Both the position numbers and the translations under genes were made by a program. Below the pieces are notes generated by a model, which was given only the letters and a program-made list of their open reading frames with translations, had not been told where the DNA came from and ran no database searches. This document shows, piece by piece, positions 1-9,608 of a DNA stretch of 64,000 nt. Origin of the DNA: an uncultured Chloroflexia bacterium (GTDB lineage Bacteria > Chloroflexota > Limnocylindria > Limnocylindrales > CSP1-4); the NCBI GenBank assembly GCA_963838115.1, contig CAWIPU010000002.1, positions 203,642 through 267,641 of the forward strand. Reading direction: 5' to 3'. Within the stretch, counting starts at the first letter, position 1; each line of letters starts with the position of its first letter.

Positions 1-215
1 TGGCGCGGTCAGCTCTTCGAGGATCTGGTCAGCGGTGACAGGACCACCCTCGTCCGTCAGCTCGAAGCTGCTCATCGAGACCGATCGTCGCCCGTCTCGG
101 GCATGCCAGTAGTCGTTCTCGTCCTCGTGCACGAATACGTGGCGGAATGAAGCCGGAACTCGGATCGACCACGAGGGGAACGGCCGAAACGTCACGGGTC
201 GCTGAGGCTTGATGT
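1..215 (-). CDS. hypothetical protein, partial (C-terminus lies beyond left window edge)
   Basis: ATG at 215-213 opens a frame reading leftwards off the window (MKPDIKPQRPVTF...); moderate GC3 bias; no recognisable motif. Confidence 0.25.
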
Positions 216-424
216 CAGGCTTCATGTGCTGAGCCTATCGAGGACCGATGACCGGGCATGTATCTCGCGCTTATTCGGTGATCTCGGCTCGACCGCCGAA
301 GGGTTGGCCAGCACTGTGGTTCCAGGGTGTCACGTGCGACCCGCCCCGCGGGTGAGTCGGCGGAGCCGGGGACCATCGCAGCCCTCGGCGCGGCCGATCT
401 ATGCACCGCGTGGGTAGAACGACG

Positions 425-580
425 CCTGACACGATCGCTTCACCCGCGTGCTGGGTGATCCAGCAGCGTGGCGGGCCTGGCTCCGTCCGATGACCCACCC
501 GGCGGGTGAGACAGCGGAGCGACGGGCCTGGCTCCGTCCGATGACCCACCCGGCGGGTGATCCAGCAGCGTGAAGGGCCA
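425..580. repeat. intergenic direct-repeat array: 37-bp unit GGGCCTGGCTCCGTCCGATGACCCACCCGGCGGGTGA x2 (14-bp spacer), flanked by two copies of GGTGATCCAGCAGCGTG
   Basis: exact duplicated strings visible at ~473-509/523-559 and ~451-467/557-573; each unit holds the near-palindrome CACCCGGCGGGTG. Confidence 0.6.
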
Positions 581-628
581 GACACCCCCTCATCTAGCTC
601 GGTCACCGGCCGATGATGTCCCTGACCC

Positions 629-907
629 TCACGATGCCGCCATCTTGGCCGACGCGTCGGCAAGGGCGGCCTTGAACGCCTTGATGTGGCTGTCGGTGGC
701 CTCGCCGACGACCTTCTTGATGGCCCGAGTGACGGCCGCCTCGACGGCCGGTGCTGTAGCCGTTGTCTCGCAGGACGTGCGGCAACGGACCACGCCCGCG
801 AACGATGGCCGCCGAATGGGCAGGTGGGCTCGATCGATGTCGGCCATGCCGTCCGATCGCGGGATGTCTTGGCTCACCGGGGTCCTCCGCTCTTCTTTGG
901 CCGGCAT
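629..907 (-). CDS. small hypothetical protein (~92 aa, Ala/Lys-rich C-terminus)
   Basis: strong GC3 bias from MPAKEE onward; AGGTGG 6 nt upstream of the ATG at 907; upstream part of the track ORF has low GC3 and is likely non-coding. Confidence 0.4.
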   Translation of the reverse strand: MPAKEERRTPVSQDIPRSDGMADIDRAHLPIRRPSFAGVVRCRTSCETTATAPAVEAAVTRAIKKVVGEATDSHIKAFKAALADASAKMAAS

Positions 908-1052
908 CACAGCCCACCTATGTGCGGATATCGCCAGTCTGACCATTTCACGCCCTCCAGCGAGCATGCGGCATCACCCGAATTGGGCTATTGGACCCAA
1001 GTGCGACCGGTGAGGACGGCGCTCCGACTCGCTGGCGGCTGGGCTGCCTCGC

Positions 1053-1841
1053 CTAGCTCCGTGCCGGCTCAAGCTGCTGCTCAAGGTCCATGAGCGGCTG
1101 CTGACTCACCTCGATGAACCCACTGCGTGGTCGGTCGAGGTCGACCACGAGGGTGATGACCGCACCCAGCACCACGATCAGGACAAGGGCACCGATGAAG
1201 CCGCGCCGACCGAGTAGTCCGGCATGGAATCCGACCATGCCGAGCGTCAGGGCTGCGCCGAAGAACAGCAACAGGACGACGGTTTGCGGCACTCGCGCGT
1301 AGACGATCGCGTTGAGTCGTATCTCTCCCATGTCGATCACGTCGTTCAGGGCCGAGATGTAGAGGGCCAGCACCTGGGAGTCGGGCGACTCCCGTGCGAG
1401 CGGCTCGACCAAGGTCCAGAGCTCGGACTGGATCTGGTCCGAGCGGGCGAAGTTGGCCACCAGCTCGGCCTCATCGGGGATGTCGATACGCAACGGGGCG
1501 TACTCCCGCAGCAGCTCCAGCGACTGGTCCGACGCGGGCTGGGGCAGGTAGCTGGCGCGTAGGTAGGCGGTACCGATGGCGTTAGCTTCCAGGAGCACGT
1601 CCTGGCGGCGCGCGTCGAAGCGCTCTGAAGCCATGCCCATCGTCACTGCCAACAGGAAGGCCATGAGGGCGAGGACGGAGCCGACCAGCATCGAGCTGGG
1701 GCCTTCCTTCTCCTCTGGCGTGCGCTTCTGCCACCACGAACCGGCGCGGTAGCCGACCTCGTAGGCAGCGAGTGCGACGATCGCGAACAGCAGGAAGACG
1801 CCTAGCACAGGGAATGGATCGAGCAACTGCTGGTTGTCCAT
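1053..1841 (-). CDS. DUF4239-like membrane protein
   Basis: N-terminal TM helix (VLGVFLLFAIVALAAY) and C-terminal TM pair (VVLLLFFGAALTLGMVGF / IGALVLIVVLGAVITLVV) around a soluble core; start MDNQQ; the N-terminal 53 aa of the track ORF is Arg/Pro-rich junk. Confidence 0.55.
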   Translation of the reverse strand: MDNQQLLDPFPVLGVFLLFAIVALAAYEVGYRAGSWWQKRTPEEKEGPSSMLVGSVLALMAFLLAVTMGMASERFDARRQDVLLEANAIGTAYLRASYLPQPASDQSLELLREYAPLRIDIPDEAELVANFARSDQIQSELWTLVEPLARESPDSQVLALYISALNDVIDMGEIRLNAIVYARVPQTVVLLLFFGAALTLGMVGFHAGLLGRRGFIGALVLIVVLGAVITLVVDLDRPRSGFIEVSQQPLMDLEQQLEPARS

Positions 1842-1987
1842 GGTCCTCAGGTCGGGTGCGGGGCAGGGCCGGTGTGGGTTCGGCCTTCTATGCCGCAAGG
1901 GTATCGCCGCCGGACGTCCGATGCGCGACGAGGTGTGCGACGAAATCGGACTCAGCCAGTCGCGATCACCCCGGCTTGGTGATGGAT

Positions 1988-2066
1988 GCCCTTCCGGCAT
2001 GGGGCCGTATCAGCGAGCCCATCTCCAGTGAGCTGATCCGGATCGAGTGCCTGCGCACCCTCGTCC
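1988..2066 (+). pseudogene. short remnant of a PIN-domain (vapC-like) gene
   Basis: ~75 bp, ~90% identical to 11369-11445 (encodes ...EPISSELIRIECLRTLV); truncated by the hexanucleotide repeat. Confidence 0.4.
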
Positions 2067-2067
2067 C

Positions 2068-2094
2068 AGCACGAGCACGAGCACGAGCACGAGC
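2068..2094. repeat. (ACGAGC)n hexanucleotide microsatellite, 4.5 units
   Basis: cagcacgagcacgagcacgagcacgagcatc read directly; translates as STSTSTSTS in the extended vapB frame. Confidence 0.8.
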
Positions 2095-2121
2095 ATCAAG
2101 ATGCTACGGCTTGGTGCTATG

Positions 2122-2385
2122 ATGCCAAGGATGAGGACGACGATCAGGATAGACGACGAGTTGTATCGCCGGGTAAGGCGCGCCGCCGACCAGTCGGATC
2201 GGACCATCGGTCAAGTCATCGAGGATGCCGTCCAGATGGCTCTGCGACCCTCAATGAACGAAGGGCCGATCGCGGATCTGCCGGTCTACGGGGGGAGCGG
2301 TCTCATGCCCGGGGTCGACCTGTCATCCAACCGGTCGATCGCTGAGGCGATGGACGATGGCGTCTCGGCCGATGCGCTGCGTTGA
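2122..2385 (+). CDS. vapB: type II antitoxin, VapB family (ribbon-helix-helix-like)
   Basis: MPRMRTTIRIDDELYRRVRRAA... paralogous to 26130-26396 (MPSMRTTLTLESDVARLIDEAV); overlaps downstream PIN toxin; alternative ATGs at 2101/2119. Confidence 0.6.
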   Translation: MPRMRTTIRIDDELYRRVRRAADQSDRTIGQVIEDAVQMALRPSMNEGPIADLPVYGGSGLMPGVDLSSNRSIAEAMDDGVSADALR

Positions 2386-2809
2386 CGTCAACGTGCTCGT
2401 GTACGCACACCGGCCCGAGAGTCAGGACCACGAGCGCTATCGAGGATGGCTGGAACGCGTCCGACGTGACGACGAGCCACTCGCACTGTCGGGTCTTGTC
2501 CTGTCCGGATTCATGAGGGTCGTGACCAGCCACAAGGTCTTCCGGGAGCCGACACCCTTGGCGACGGCGGTCGAGTTCGTCCAGGCACTACAGTCGTCGC
2601 CGAACACCGTGTCGGTGAGCCCAGGAGACCGACACTGGCGCATCTTCCTCGACCTGTGTGGCGAGATCGATGCTCGAGGCAATGACATCCCGGACGCGTA
2701 CCACGCGGCGATCGCGGTCGAGAACGGCGCCACGTGGTACAGCGCCGATCGGGGGTTCGCCCGGTTTCGGAGTCTTCGCTGGTCCCACCCGCTCGCGGAT
2801 CCCCTGTAG
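2372..2809 (+). CDS. vapC: PIN-domain toxin, VapC family
   Basis: MRCVDVNVLVYA (first acidic residue) ... DAYHAAIAVENGATWYSADRGFARF typical PIN C-terminus; 14-nt overlap with vapB. Confidence 0.7.
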   Translation: MRCVDVNVLVYAHRPESQDHERYRGWLERVRRDDEPLALSGLVLSGFMRVVTSHKVFREPTPLATAVEFVQALQSSPNTVSVSPGDRHWRIFLDLCGEIDARGNDIPDAYHAAIAVENGATWYSADRGFARFRSLRWSHPLADPL

Positions 2810-3060
2810 AGCCGCGGCATCTCGTTCAGGGGCCGAGGACCATCGTTGGTCGCCAGACGCGGCCGGACGAGAGGTTCTCGACGGGCGCCGGGAACTTCGG
2901 TCGCGAGGCCCAGTCGCGCACGAAGTTGGGGGGCAGGACACCGGCGATGGAGGCAGCCGCGCGGGTTCGGCTTCAGGCGCCGCGGAGGACCGTCTGCATG
3001 GCCTTACGCCACGCGCGCATACTTGGCCTGACGCACAGGCCGGCCAACGGAGGAATCAGG

Positions 3061-3930
3061 ATGTCAACACAGCAGCCATCGTTCCGACTCCAGAGTGGAC
3101 ACCGCCGGAGTGCCCTCGTCATCGCCCTCGTGGTCGCCTCCCTGATGATGAGTGCGACGAGCGTGGTGGGGCAGTCTCAGTCGCCGGGGAACGGGGACCC
3201 GGCGGGGGCCGATGCGACCACCGCGATCCCCATCCCACTCACATCGCTCGGTGACGTGACCTCGCTGGAGGCGACCGCCACCTTGAGTGCCACGGGCTCG
3301 ATGAAGGGTGAGGAGATGGCCGGCGACCTGACGGCGCAACTCGTCGCGGATGAGCAGGGCCAATTCCGCATCGACCTCACGGGCGACCTGCTGGGCCCGA
3401 TCGCGACGCAGGTCGGCGGCAAGCTGGTGAAGCTCTTCCGGCCCAAGAGGGTCAGTGTCTACGTCGTCGAGGATGGCAACTACGTGGTCGTCTCGGGGCT
3501 CACCGACCTCTGCATCCGGACGGAGGACACCGCGGCCACCGAGGCCCTCAGCCAGCTCAGCCCGAGGGCGCTGATGACCATCCTGACCGATAGCGACGTG
3601 GCCAACGGGTCCCTCGTGGGGGCCGAGTCGCTGGACGGCGTCGCGGTCGACCACTACGTCATCGATGGGCCGACCTTCCTCGCGGCAGCGCAGGCGAGCA
3701 GCGACCCGACCGTGCAGACTTTCGGCCAAGCACTGCGCGGCGCCAGCGACGCGGACATCTATATCGACACCGAGACGGGCTACCCTGTGCGCTACGAGGG
3801 TGCCTTCAGCGGCGCCTATGAGCCCGTCGGCCTCGATGGCGACTTCAACGTGCGCCTCGACGTGACCAAGATCGGTACGGACAGCACCGTGACCCTGCCG
3901 ACGGCCTGCGCCAAGCCCATCTCGATGTAG
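3061..3930 (+). CDS. secreted hypothetical protein (Sec signal peptide, no lipobox)
   Basis: GGAGGA RBS 6 nt upstream of the ATG at 3061; N-region plus hydrophobic core ALVIALVVASLMMSATSVVG. Confidence 0.6.
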   Translation: MSTQQPSFRLQSGHRRSALVIALVVASLMMSATSVVGQSQSPGNGDPAGADATTAIPIPLTSLGDVTSLEATATLSATGSMKGEEMAGDLTAQLVADEQGQFRIDLTGDLLGPIATQVGGKLVKLFRPKRVSVYVVEDGNYVVVSGLTDLCIRTEDTAATEALSQLSPRALMTILTDSDVANGSLVGAESLDGVAVDHYVIDGPTFLAAAQASSDPTVQTFGQALRGASDADIYIDTETGYPVRYEGAFSGAYEPVGLDGDFNVRLDVTKIGTDSTVTLPTACAKPISM

Positions 3931-4005
3931 CTGGCCGGGCAGGCCCCGGATCCTGGGTACGTTCGCAGTACAGCTTCATCCACGCCCGGAGGCGGACCTC
4001 TGCTT

Positions 4006-4374
4006 GTGCTCTATGACGCCGATTGCGGAATCTGCAGTCGCTCGGCGAGGCTCTTGGATCGGCTGGACTTTGGTCGGCGCCTTCGTCTCATGCCCCTTCA
4101 GGATGCCGACGATATCGCCGACGCCCCGCCCATGGAGGCCCTGCTCGACGCGATCCATGTCCGCGACCGGGACGGACGCTGGAGCGCGGCTGGGGCCGCA
4201 TGCATAAGGATCGCCGAGGAGGTTCCCCTCCTTCGACCGCTGGCTGTCGCCGCTCGGGTGTCGGCGATCAGGATAGGCATCGACCTGATCTACGCGATGG
4301 TCGCCCGCAACCGCCATCGCATCAGCCACCTCCTTGGCGACCAAGCCTGCGCCGTCAGGTCGAGGACTCCGTGA
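4006..4374 (+). CDS. DCC1-like thiol-disulfide oxidoreductase family protein (DUF393)
   Basis: N-terminal LYDADCGICSRSARLLDRLD matches the YDGxCxxC motif of DUF393; GTG start. Confidence 0.6.
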   Translation: MLYDADCGICSRSARLLDRLDFGRRLRLMPLQDADDIADAPPMEALLDAIHVRDRDGRWSAAGAACIRIAEEVPLLRPLAVAARVSAIRIGIDLIYAMVARNRHRISHLLGDQACAVRSRTP

Positions 4375-4798
4375 CACCGACGGACGTCGCAAAGAACGCA
4401 CCGGCCGTGGCGCCGTCCCAAGCGCTATCCGGTTTTCCTCAGCCGTCTGAACGCATCGCAGGCTGCCTGCGTGCTCGGCTGTACGGCTTCTGACGATGCC
4501 CGGAACCGCCGAAGTCACCCTCGACGAGCTCGACGTGGCCTCGACGAGAGCCTTCGCAGGCTCTGGAGGCAGATCGACGAGCAGGGCATCGAGGTGGTGT
4601 AATGCGCAGGCGCAGGCGCACGCGCCGGACTTGCAGCAGACGCAGGAAGCGGGCCCGATCGGGCCGGACACCGATGCTCACGTCTTTGCGCAACGTGGGC
4701 CCGTGCGACACGTCGCGTCTGACGCCCGCACGAGGATGGCCTGCGGTGAGCCCTGATCGTCAGACGTGACCGACCAAGAGCGGAGGAGACGACACCCC

Positions 4799-5209
4799 AT
4801 GTTCAAACCACTCCGAGCGATGCTTGGTGAACCAGAGGGCAGAGTGCTGGTCGCCAGTGCCATCTCAGCGCTCGTCGTGGGCACGATCGCCTACACCATC
4901 CTCGAAGGCTGGTCACCACTCGACTCGCTCTACTTTTCGGTGGTGACGCTGGCCACCGTGGGCTTCGGTGATCTCCATCCCACGACCGACCCCGCCAAGC
5001 TGTTCACCATCGTCTACATCGTTGCTGGCGTCGGCATCCTGGCCGGCTTCGCCTCTGAGCTGACCAAGACCCGGCAGGCGCTTCGTGTGACAGAGCGGCT
5101 CGATACGGTCTCGACCGCTGCCAGGCACATCGAACGCGACGTCGAGGATGTGGTGGGAAACCAGGATCCCCAGCGGCCGCCGAGTGATGGACCACCGATC
5201 GATGTCTAG
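4799..5209 (+). CDS. two-TM potassium channel family protein (Ion_trans_2)
   Basis: selectivity filter TLATVGFGD between two TM helices; GGAGGA RBS ~9 nt upstream of the ATG at 4799. Confidence 0.65.
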   Translation: MFKPLRAMLGEPEGRVLVASAISALVVGTIAYTILEGWSPLDSLYFSVVTLATVGFGDLHPTTDPAKLFTIVYIVAGVGILAGFASELTKTRQALRVTERLDTVSTAARHIERDVEDVVGNQDPQRPPSDGPPIDV

Positions 5210-5658
5210 AAGCCAGGAAACACCACCACGCCCTGCAGGGCCGACGATAATCGACTCGATCTGCGTCGGGGCCATCGCGCAATCCTCGTTGCTGGTGGCC
5301 ACGCTGCTGGTCTATGTCGTCGCTTGTCCGCCATTGGTGGTTCTCCTGTGACCTCGATGCGACTGCGTGTCGCATCCACGCTTTGGACGCGACCATCGAT
5401 GAGCGGCCGATGTTAACGACGCTTGCGAGCATCTGCCGCGGGTCCGGAGCGTCGCAGTCGCGTCGTTGATCCCGAGCGGCGAGCAGGTCGGTGCCGGGTA
5501 TGTGTGGGCGCTTACTCGGAGGAGGCCTGGCGCTGTGCGATGATTACGCTGAGGCAGCGCTGCACGATCATCACTACGGGCACGGCCAAGACGATGAGCG
5601 CCTTCAGCCCGGCGTTCGCCGCGTGGCTGACAGCGGGAACGCGAAGGTCCCGCGGATG

Positions 5659-8031
5659 CTATTGACGCGCCATGACGATCTTGAGGCGATCTTCGGGTTC
5701 GATGAGATGGTCGTGGTTGTCGTCGCCGAGGTCGATCTGGACCCAGTCGATGGTGCCGGTAAACCGGCTCGTCTCGGGTGTTACGTCAGACGCGACTGCC
5801 GTGCCACTCTCGTAGCCCACGTCCGTGGTCTCATCAGCCGAGAAGACCATCGCCTCGGTGAACGCCACCGCACCTGTCCCGACGGCGTCGCCATCGTAGT
5901 AGAGGGTCACCGCGCCACCCTTGCCCAGGCCACCTCCCGCATAGGCGAACTCCATGCGCACCTGGTGGGCGCCGGACGGGATGGGCTTCGATGCGACCAC
6001 TGGGAACTCATGGATGCCCAACACGTTGTAGACGAACTTCGCGGTGCCCTCGTGGGCGTACAGTGCCCAGCCGCCGAACCGGCCGCCCTGGGCGATGATC
6101 GTGCCCTGGGCACCGCCATCAGGCACGACGAGGTTTGCGGTCACCGAGAACGACTTGTTCTTGATGTTCACGACGCTGTTCTCAGACAGCCTGCCCATGC
6201 CGCTGAACAGGAGCTGTGAGTTGCCCCGGATGAGCGTCGGGCGACCAGCGATCTCGGGCGCGAATCGCTCGACTCCCCGGTCATCGAGGGGCAGCACGTT
6301 GTAGCGCGTCGCCTCGATGAGGAACTGCCGCTGAAGCTCGTGGAGCTTGTCCGGCATCTCCTTCGACAGGTCGTGGGCCTGGGACCAGTCCTTGTTGCCG
6401 TCGTACAGCTCCCACACGTCGTCGTCGAAGGCGACCATGGACTGGCCGGTCATCACCCACGGCGTTCGGTGCTTGGTCACAGCGCTCCAGCCGCGTGAAT
6501 AGATGCCGCGATTGCCGAACATCTCGAAGTACTGGAGGTCGTGACGCTCGGGCGCCCCGGCATCGCCGAAGACATACGCCATGCTGGTGCCCTCATACGG
6601 GCTCTGCTGGACGCCGTGCACGAAGGTAGGCTCCGGGATGCCGGCGACCTCGAGCACGGTCGGTGCGACGTCGATGACATGGCAGAACTGGTTCCGGACG
6701 CCGCCCTTTTCGCTGATGAGCTGCGGGTAGCGGACGATGGTGCCGTTGCGGGTACCACCCCAGTGCGACGCCACCTGCTTGGTCCACTGGTAGGGCGTGT
6801 CCATCGCCCACGCCCAACCGACCGCGAAATGGTTGTAGGACGATGGAGAGCCGAACTCATCGACCTTCGACAGCATGAACTCGGTGGTCTCAAGGGCGCC
6901 CATGCCGTTGAAGTTGGCCATCTCGTTGAAGGCGCCCTGGAGCGTCCCTTCGGCGGAGGCGCCGTTGTCACCGACGATCACGTACACGAGGGTATCGTCG
7001 TAGACACCGAGGTCCTTGATGGCGTCGATGACGCGTCCGACGTGGTGGTCGGTGTGCTCCATGAACCCCGCATAGACTTCCATCTCGCGTTCCAGCACCG
7101 GCTTGAGCTTGGGGTCCATATCGTCCCAAGCCGGGATCTCCGCATGGCGCGGCGTCAGCTCCGCATCCGGCCCGATGACGCCCAGCTCCTTCTGGCGAGC
7201 GAAGGTGATCTCTCGCTGCTGGTCCCAGCCATGGGCGAACTTGCCCGCGTACTTGTCTGCCCACTTTTTGGGGACATGGTGGGGAGCGTGCGTGGCCCCA
7301 GGCGCGAAGTACATGAAGAAGGGCTTGTCCGGCATGAGCGCCTTCTGCTGGCGGACCCAGCTGATGGCGTGGTCGGCGAGATCCTCGGTAAGGTGATAGC
7401 CCTGTTCGGGCGTCTTGGGCGGCTCGACCGGGGTCTGCCCCTCATAGAGCGCGGGATTCCACTGGTTGTCCTCGCCTCCGATGAAGCCGTAGAAGTACTC
7501 GAAGCCACCGCCACCGGCCGGCCAACGGTCGAAGGGGCCCATGGGGCTGGTCTCCCACACGGGCACCTCATGGCACTTGCCGAACTGGGCCGTGGAGTAG
7601 CCATTGAGCTTCAACGTCTCGGCCAGTGGAGCCTTGGTGTTGGCGCGCATGGAGTTATAGCCGGGTGCCGAGGTCGCGATCTCCGTGATGCCACCCATGC
7701 CGACCGAGTGGTGGTTGCGGCCGGTGAGCAGAGCCTGGCGAGTCGGCGAGCACAGGGCGGTCGTATGGAACCGCGTGAACCTGATCGACTCGGCGGCGAC
7801 AGCGTCGAAGTTGGGTGTCTGGCAGGGCCCACCGAACGCAGAGGAGGAGCCAAAGCCGGCATCGTCGATGAGGACGACCAAAACGTTGGGTGCCCCCTCC
7901 GGGGGGCGGAGTGGCGTGATAGGCGGGAACTTGGTGTTGGGGTCCTTGGCGTCGTAGAGGACCTCGCCGGCGTACGCGCGATCGGGGATGGGCAGAACGC
8001 TACGCGCGTGCGCATCGGGTCGGCTGGCCAT
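5659..8031 (-). CDS. arylsulfatase (Cys-type sulfatase with C-terminal extension)
   Basis: sulfatase signature LCSPTRQALLTGR (C-x-P-x-R formylglycine motif), VLIDDAGFG metal site; AAGGAG RBS upstream of MASRPD start. Confidence 0.85.
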   Translation of the reverse strand: MASRPDAHARSVLPIPDRAYAGEVLYDAKDPNTKFPPITPLRPPEGAPNVLVVLIDDAGFGSSSAFGGPCQTPNFDAVAAESIRFTRFHTTALCSPTRQALLTGRNHHSVGMGGITEIATSAPGYNSMRANTKAPLAETLKLNGYSTAQFGKCHEVPVWETSPMGPFDRWPAGGGGFEYFYGFIGGEDNQWNPALYEGQTPVEPPKTPEQGYHLTEDLADHAISWVRQQKALMPDKPFFMYFAPGATHAPHHVPKKWADKYAGKFAHGWDQQREITFARQKELGVIGPDAELTPRHAEIPAWDDMDPKLKPVLEREMEVYAGFMEHTDHHVGRVIDAIKDLGVYDDTLVYVIVGDNGASAEGTLQGAFNEMANFNGMGALETTEFMLSKVDEFGSPSSYNHFAVGWAWAMDTPYQWTKQVASHWGGTRNGTIVRYPQLISEKGGVRNQFCHVIDVAPTVLEVAGIPEPTFVHGVQQSPYEGTSMAYVFGDAGAPERHDLQYFEMFGNRGIYSRGWSAVTKHRTPWVMTGQSMVAFDDDVWELYDGNKDWSQAHDLSKEMPDKLHELQRQFLIEATRYNVLPLDDRGVERFAPEIAGRPTLIRGNSQLLFSGMGRLSENSVVNIKNKSFSVTANLVVPDGGAQGTIIAQGGRFGGWALYAHEGTAKFVYNVLGIHEFPVVASKPIPSGAHQVRMEFAYAGGGLGKGGAVTLYYDGDAVGTGAVAFTEAMVFSADETTDVGYESGTAVASDVTPETSRFTGTIDWVQIDLGDDNHDHLIEPEDRLKIVMARQ

Positions 8032-8167
8032 GTCTCGGCACTCCTTTTTGAACGACTGGCGGGCGTGAGACGGAACTCGGGACCCAGGTCGTGCTCCCGT
8101 GTCGATCACCTTGATGGACCGCCAAGCCTCAGGCTAGCAGGATGATGTGCGACCCGTCATCGTCTTC

Positions 8168-8194
8168 GGGTCAGCGATGTCGGGTCAGTGATGG
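8168..8194. promoter_or_regulatory. tandem 12-bp direct repeat (GGGTCAGCGATG / GGGTCAGTGATG) in the divergent arylsulfatase/symporter intergenic region
   Basis: seen directly; candidate regulator binding site. Confidence 0.2.
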
Positions 8195-8288
8195 GCACCG
8201 CCTTCGTCAACCGGCAGCGTTCTCGTTGCCCGAGATCGTGGAGGGCACACTACGATGTTGGTTGGATGCCCGGAAGAGGGAGACTGAG

Positions 8289-9185
8289 ATGCTAAGCGAC
8301 ACATTGACGACGATCACCCAGGTCGGCATGGTCGTGTTCATCGTGGGCAGCATGGCCGCCATGGGGCTGAGCCTGACGGTCAAGAGCATCGTGGAACCGC
8401 TGCGCGACCTGCGTATGGTCGTGCTGCTGCTGACGGCCAACTTCGTCGCCGTGCCCCTCGTGGCCATCGGGGCAGCCAAGATCCTGCCCATGGATGGTTC
8501 CGCGAGTACCGCGGTCATCATCATCGGCTGCTGTGCCGGTGCGCCCTTCCTGCCCAAGCTGACCCTCATGGCCAAGGGCAGCCCGGCCTTCGCCGTTGGC
8601 GGGATGGTGCTGCTGATGGTCGCGACGGTGATCTATGTGCCCATCGTGGTGCCGCTGGTCGTGGAAGGCGCCACAGTCGACCCCTGGGACATCGCCAGCT
8701 CTCTCATCGTGCTCATGCTCATCCCGCTCGGCATCGGGCTCTTCGTCAAGGCCCGCTACGAGGATCTTGCTGACAGCTGGGTGGGGACAGCCGGGCAGAC
8801 CTCGAGCGTGGGCCTGCTCATCGGCATCGTCGCGGCACTGCTCGTGACGTGGCGAGACATCCTCGGTGCCATCGGCAGCTGGATCTTCATCGGCACCGCC
8901 ATCGTCCTCGTCGCCGGGCTCTTCTTCGGCTACCTCGCCAGCTACGGCCGCGCCAAGGGCGACATGAAGGTGACTGCCTTTGCCAGCGCCCTGCGCAACA
9001 TCTCCGCGGCCATCGTCGTGGCCGGCTCGATCGGTGGCGACACCATCGTGCTCACGCTGGTCAGTGGCCTGGGCCTGACTGTCATCCTCATCGTCCTTGC
9101 CGGCGAGATCGGCAAGCGCGCGGAGGCGGCGTCCCCAGCGGATACCGGGAGCGGTGACGCTACACTCACCGCCGCGATCGGCTAG
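8289..9185 (+). CDS. bile acid:sodium symporter (BASS) family transporter
   Basis: ~298 aa, polytopic, Gly/Ala-rich helices typical of the BASS/ACR3 fold; RBS GGGAG upstream of MLSDTL. Confidence 0.65.
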   Translation: MLSDTLTTITQVGMVVFIVGSMAAMGLSLTVKSIVEPLRDLRMVVLLLTANFVAVPLVAIGAAKILPMDGSASTAVIIIGCCAGAPFLPKLTLMAKGSPAFAVGGMVLLMVATVIYVPIVVPLVVEGATVDPWDIASSLIVLMLIPLGIGLFVKARYEDLADSWVGTAGQTSSVGLLIGIVAALLVTWRDILGAIGSWIFIGTAIVLVAGLFFGYLASYGRAKGDMKVTAFASALRNISAAIVVAGSIGGDTIVLTLVSGLGLTVILIVLAGEIGKRAEAASPADTGSGDATLTAAIG

Positions 9186-9302
9186 TCAAGCTACAACAAG
9201 CCACCAGCGCTTTCGAGTTTTCCGAGGCAGGACCGCCGCCCGCAGAGGCGCTTTTGGAGGAGATGCCGCGACTGGGCCGGATGCTCCGCGGGGAATCGTC
9301 TG

Positions 9303-9608
9303 TCAGCAGGCCGATGTACCGTAGCAGTCGTCGGGCGTGTTCCCCGTGACCGACGAGGTCGCGTCGAGGGTCACCGTGGTGGTCCCATCCACGACGAAGA
9401 TGCCACCCCCGTGACTGGCTGCGGTGTTGCCAGTGACGGTCGAGTCGACGAGGTCGAGTCGACCCCATTTCGTGGAGATGCCGCGGCTGTTGCCGGAGAC
9501 CAGGCAGGCCTCGAGCGTGAGCGTACCCCCGCCGTTCTTCCCGATGCCAGCTCCAGAGTTGTCACGGAGACGCGGCCGCGCTTCTTCGCCCCCCACTCTG
9601 CATCGCAT
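9303..9608 (-). pseudogene. C-terminal fragment of a right-handed beta-helix repeat protein
   Basis: GKNGGGTLTLEACLVSGNS...HGGGIFVVDGTTTVTLDATSSVTGNT parallel-beta-helix repeats, but only ~90 aa with no upstream continuation. Confidence 0.3.

Noticed and set aside
425-580. Possible CRISPR array
   Set aside because: Only two 37-bp units with a 14-bp spacer; no cas genes; does not fit CRISPR repeat-spacer geometry
6541-8145. 534-aa ORF on + strand
   Set aside because: Entirely antisense to the well-supported arylsulfatase; Arg/Gly-rich with no motifs; typical spurious long ORF in high-GC DNA
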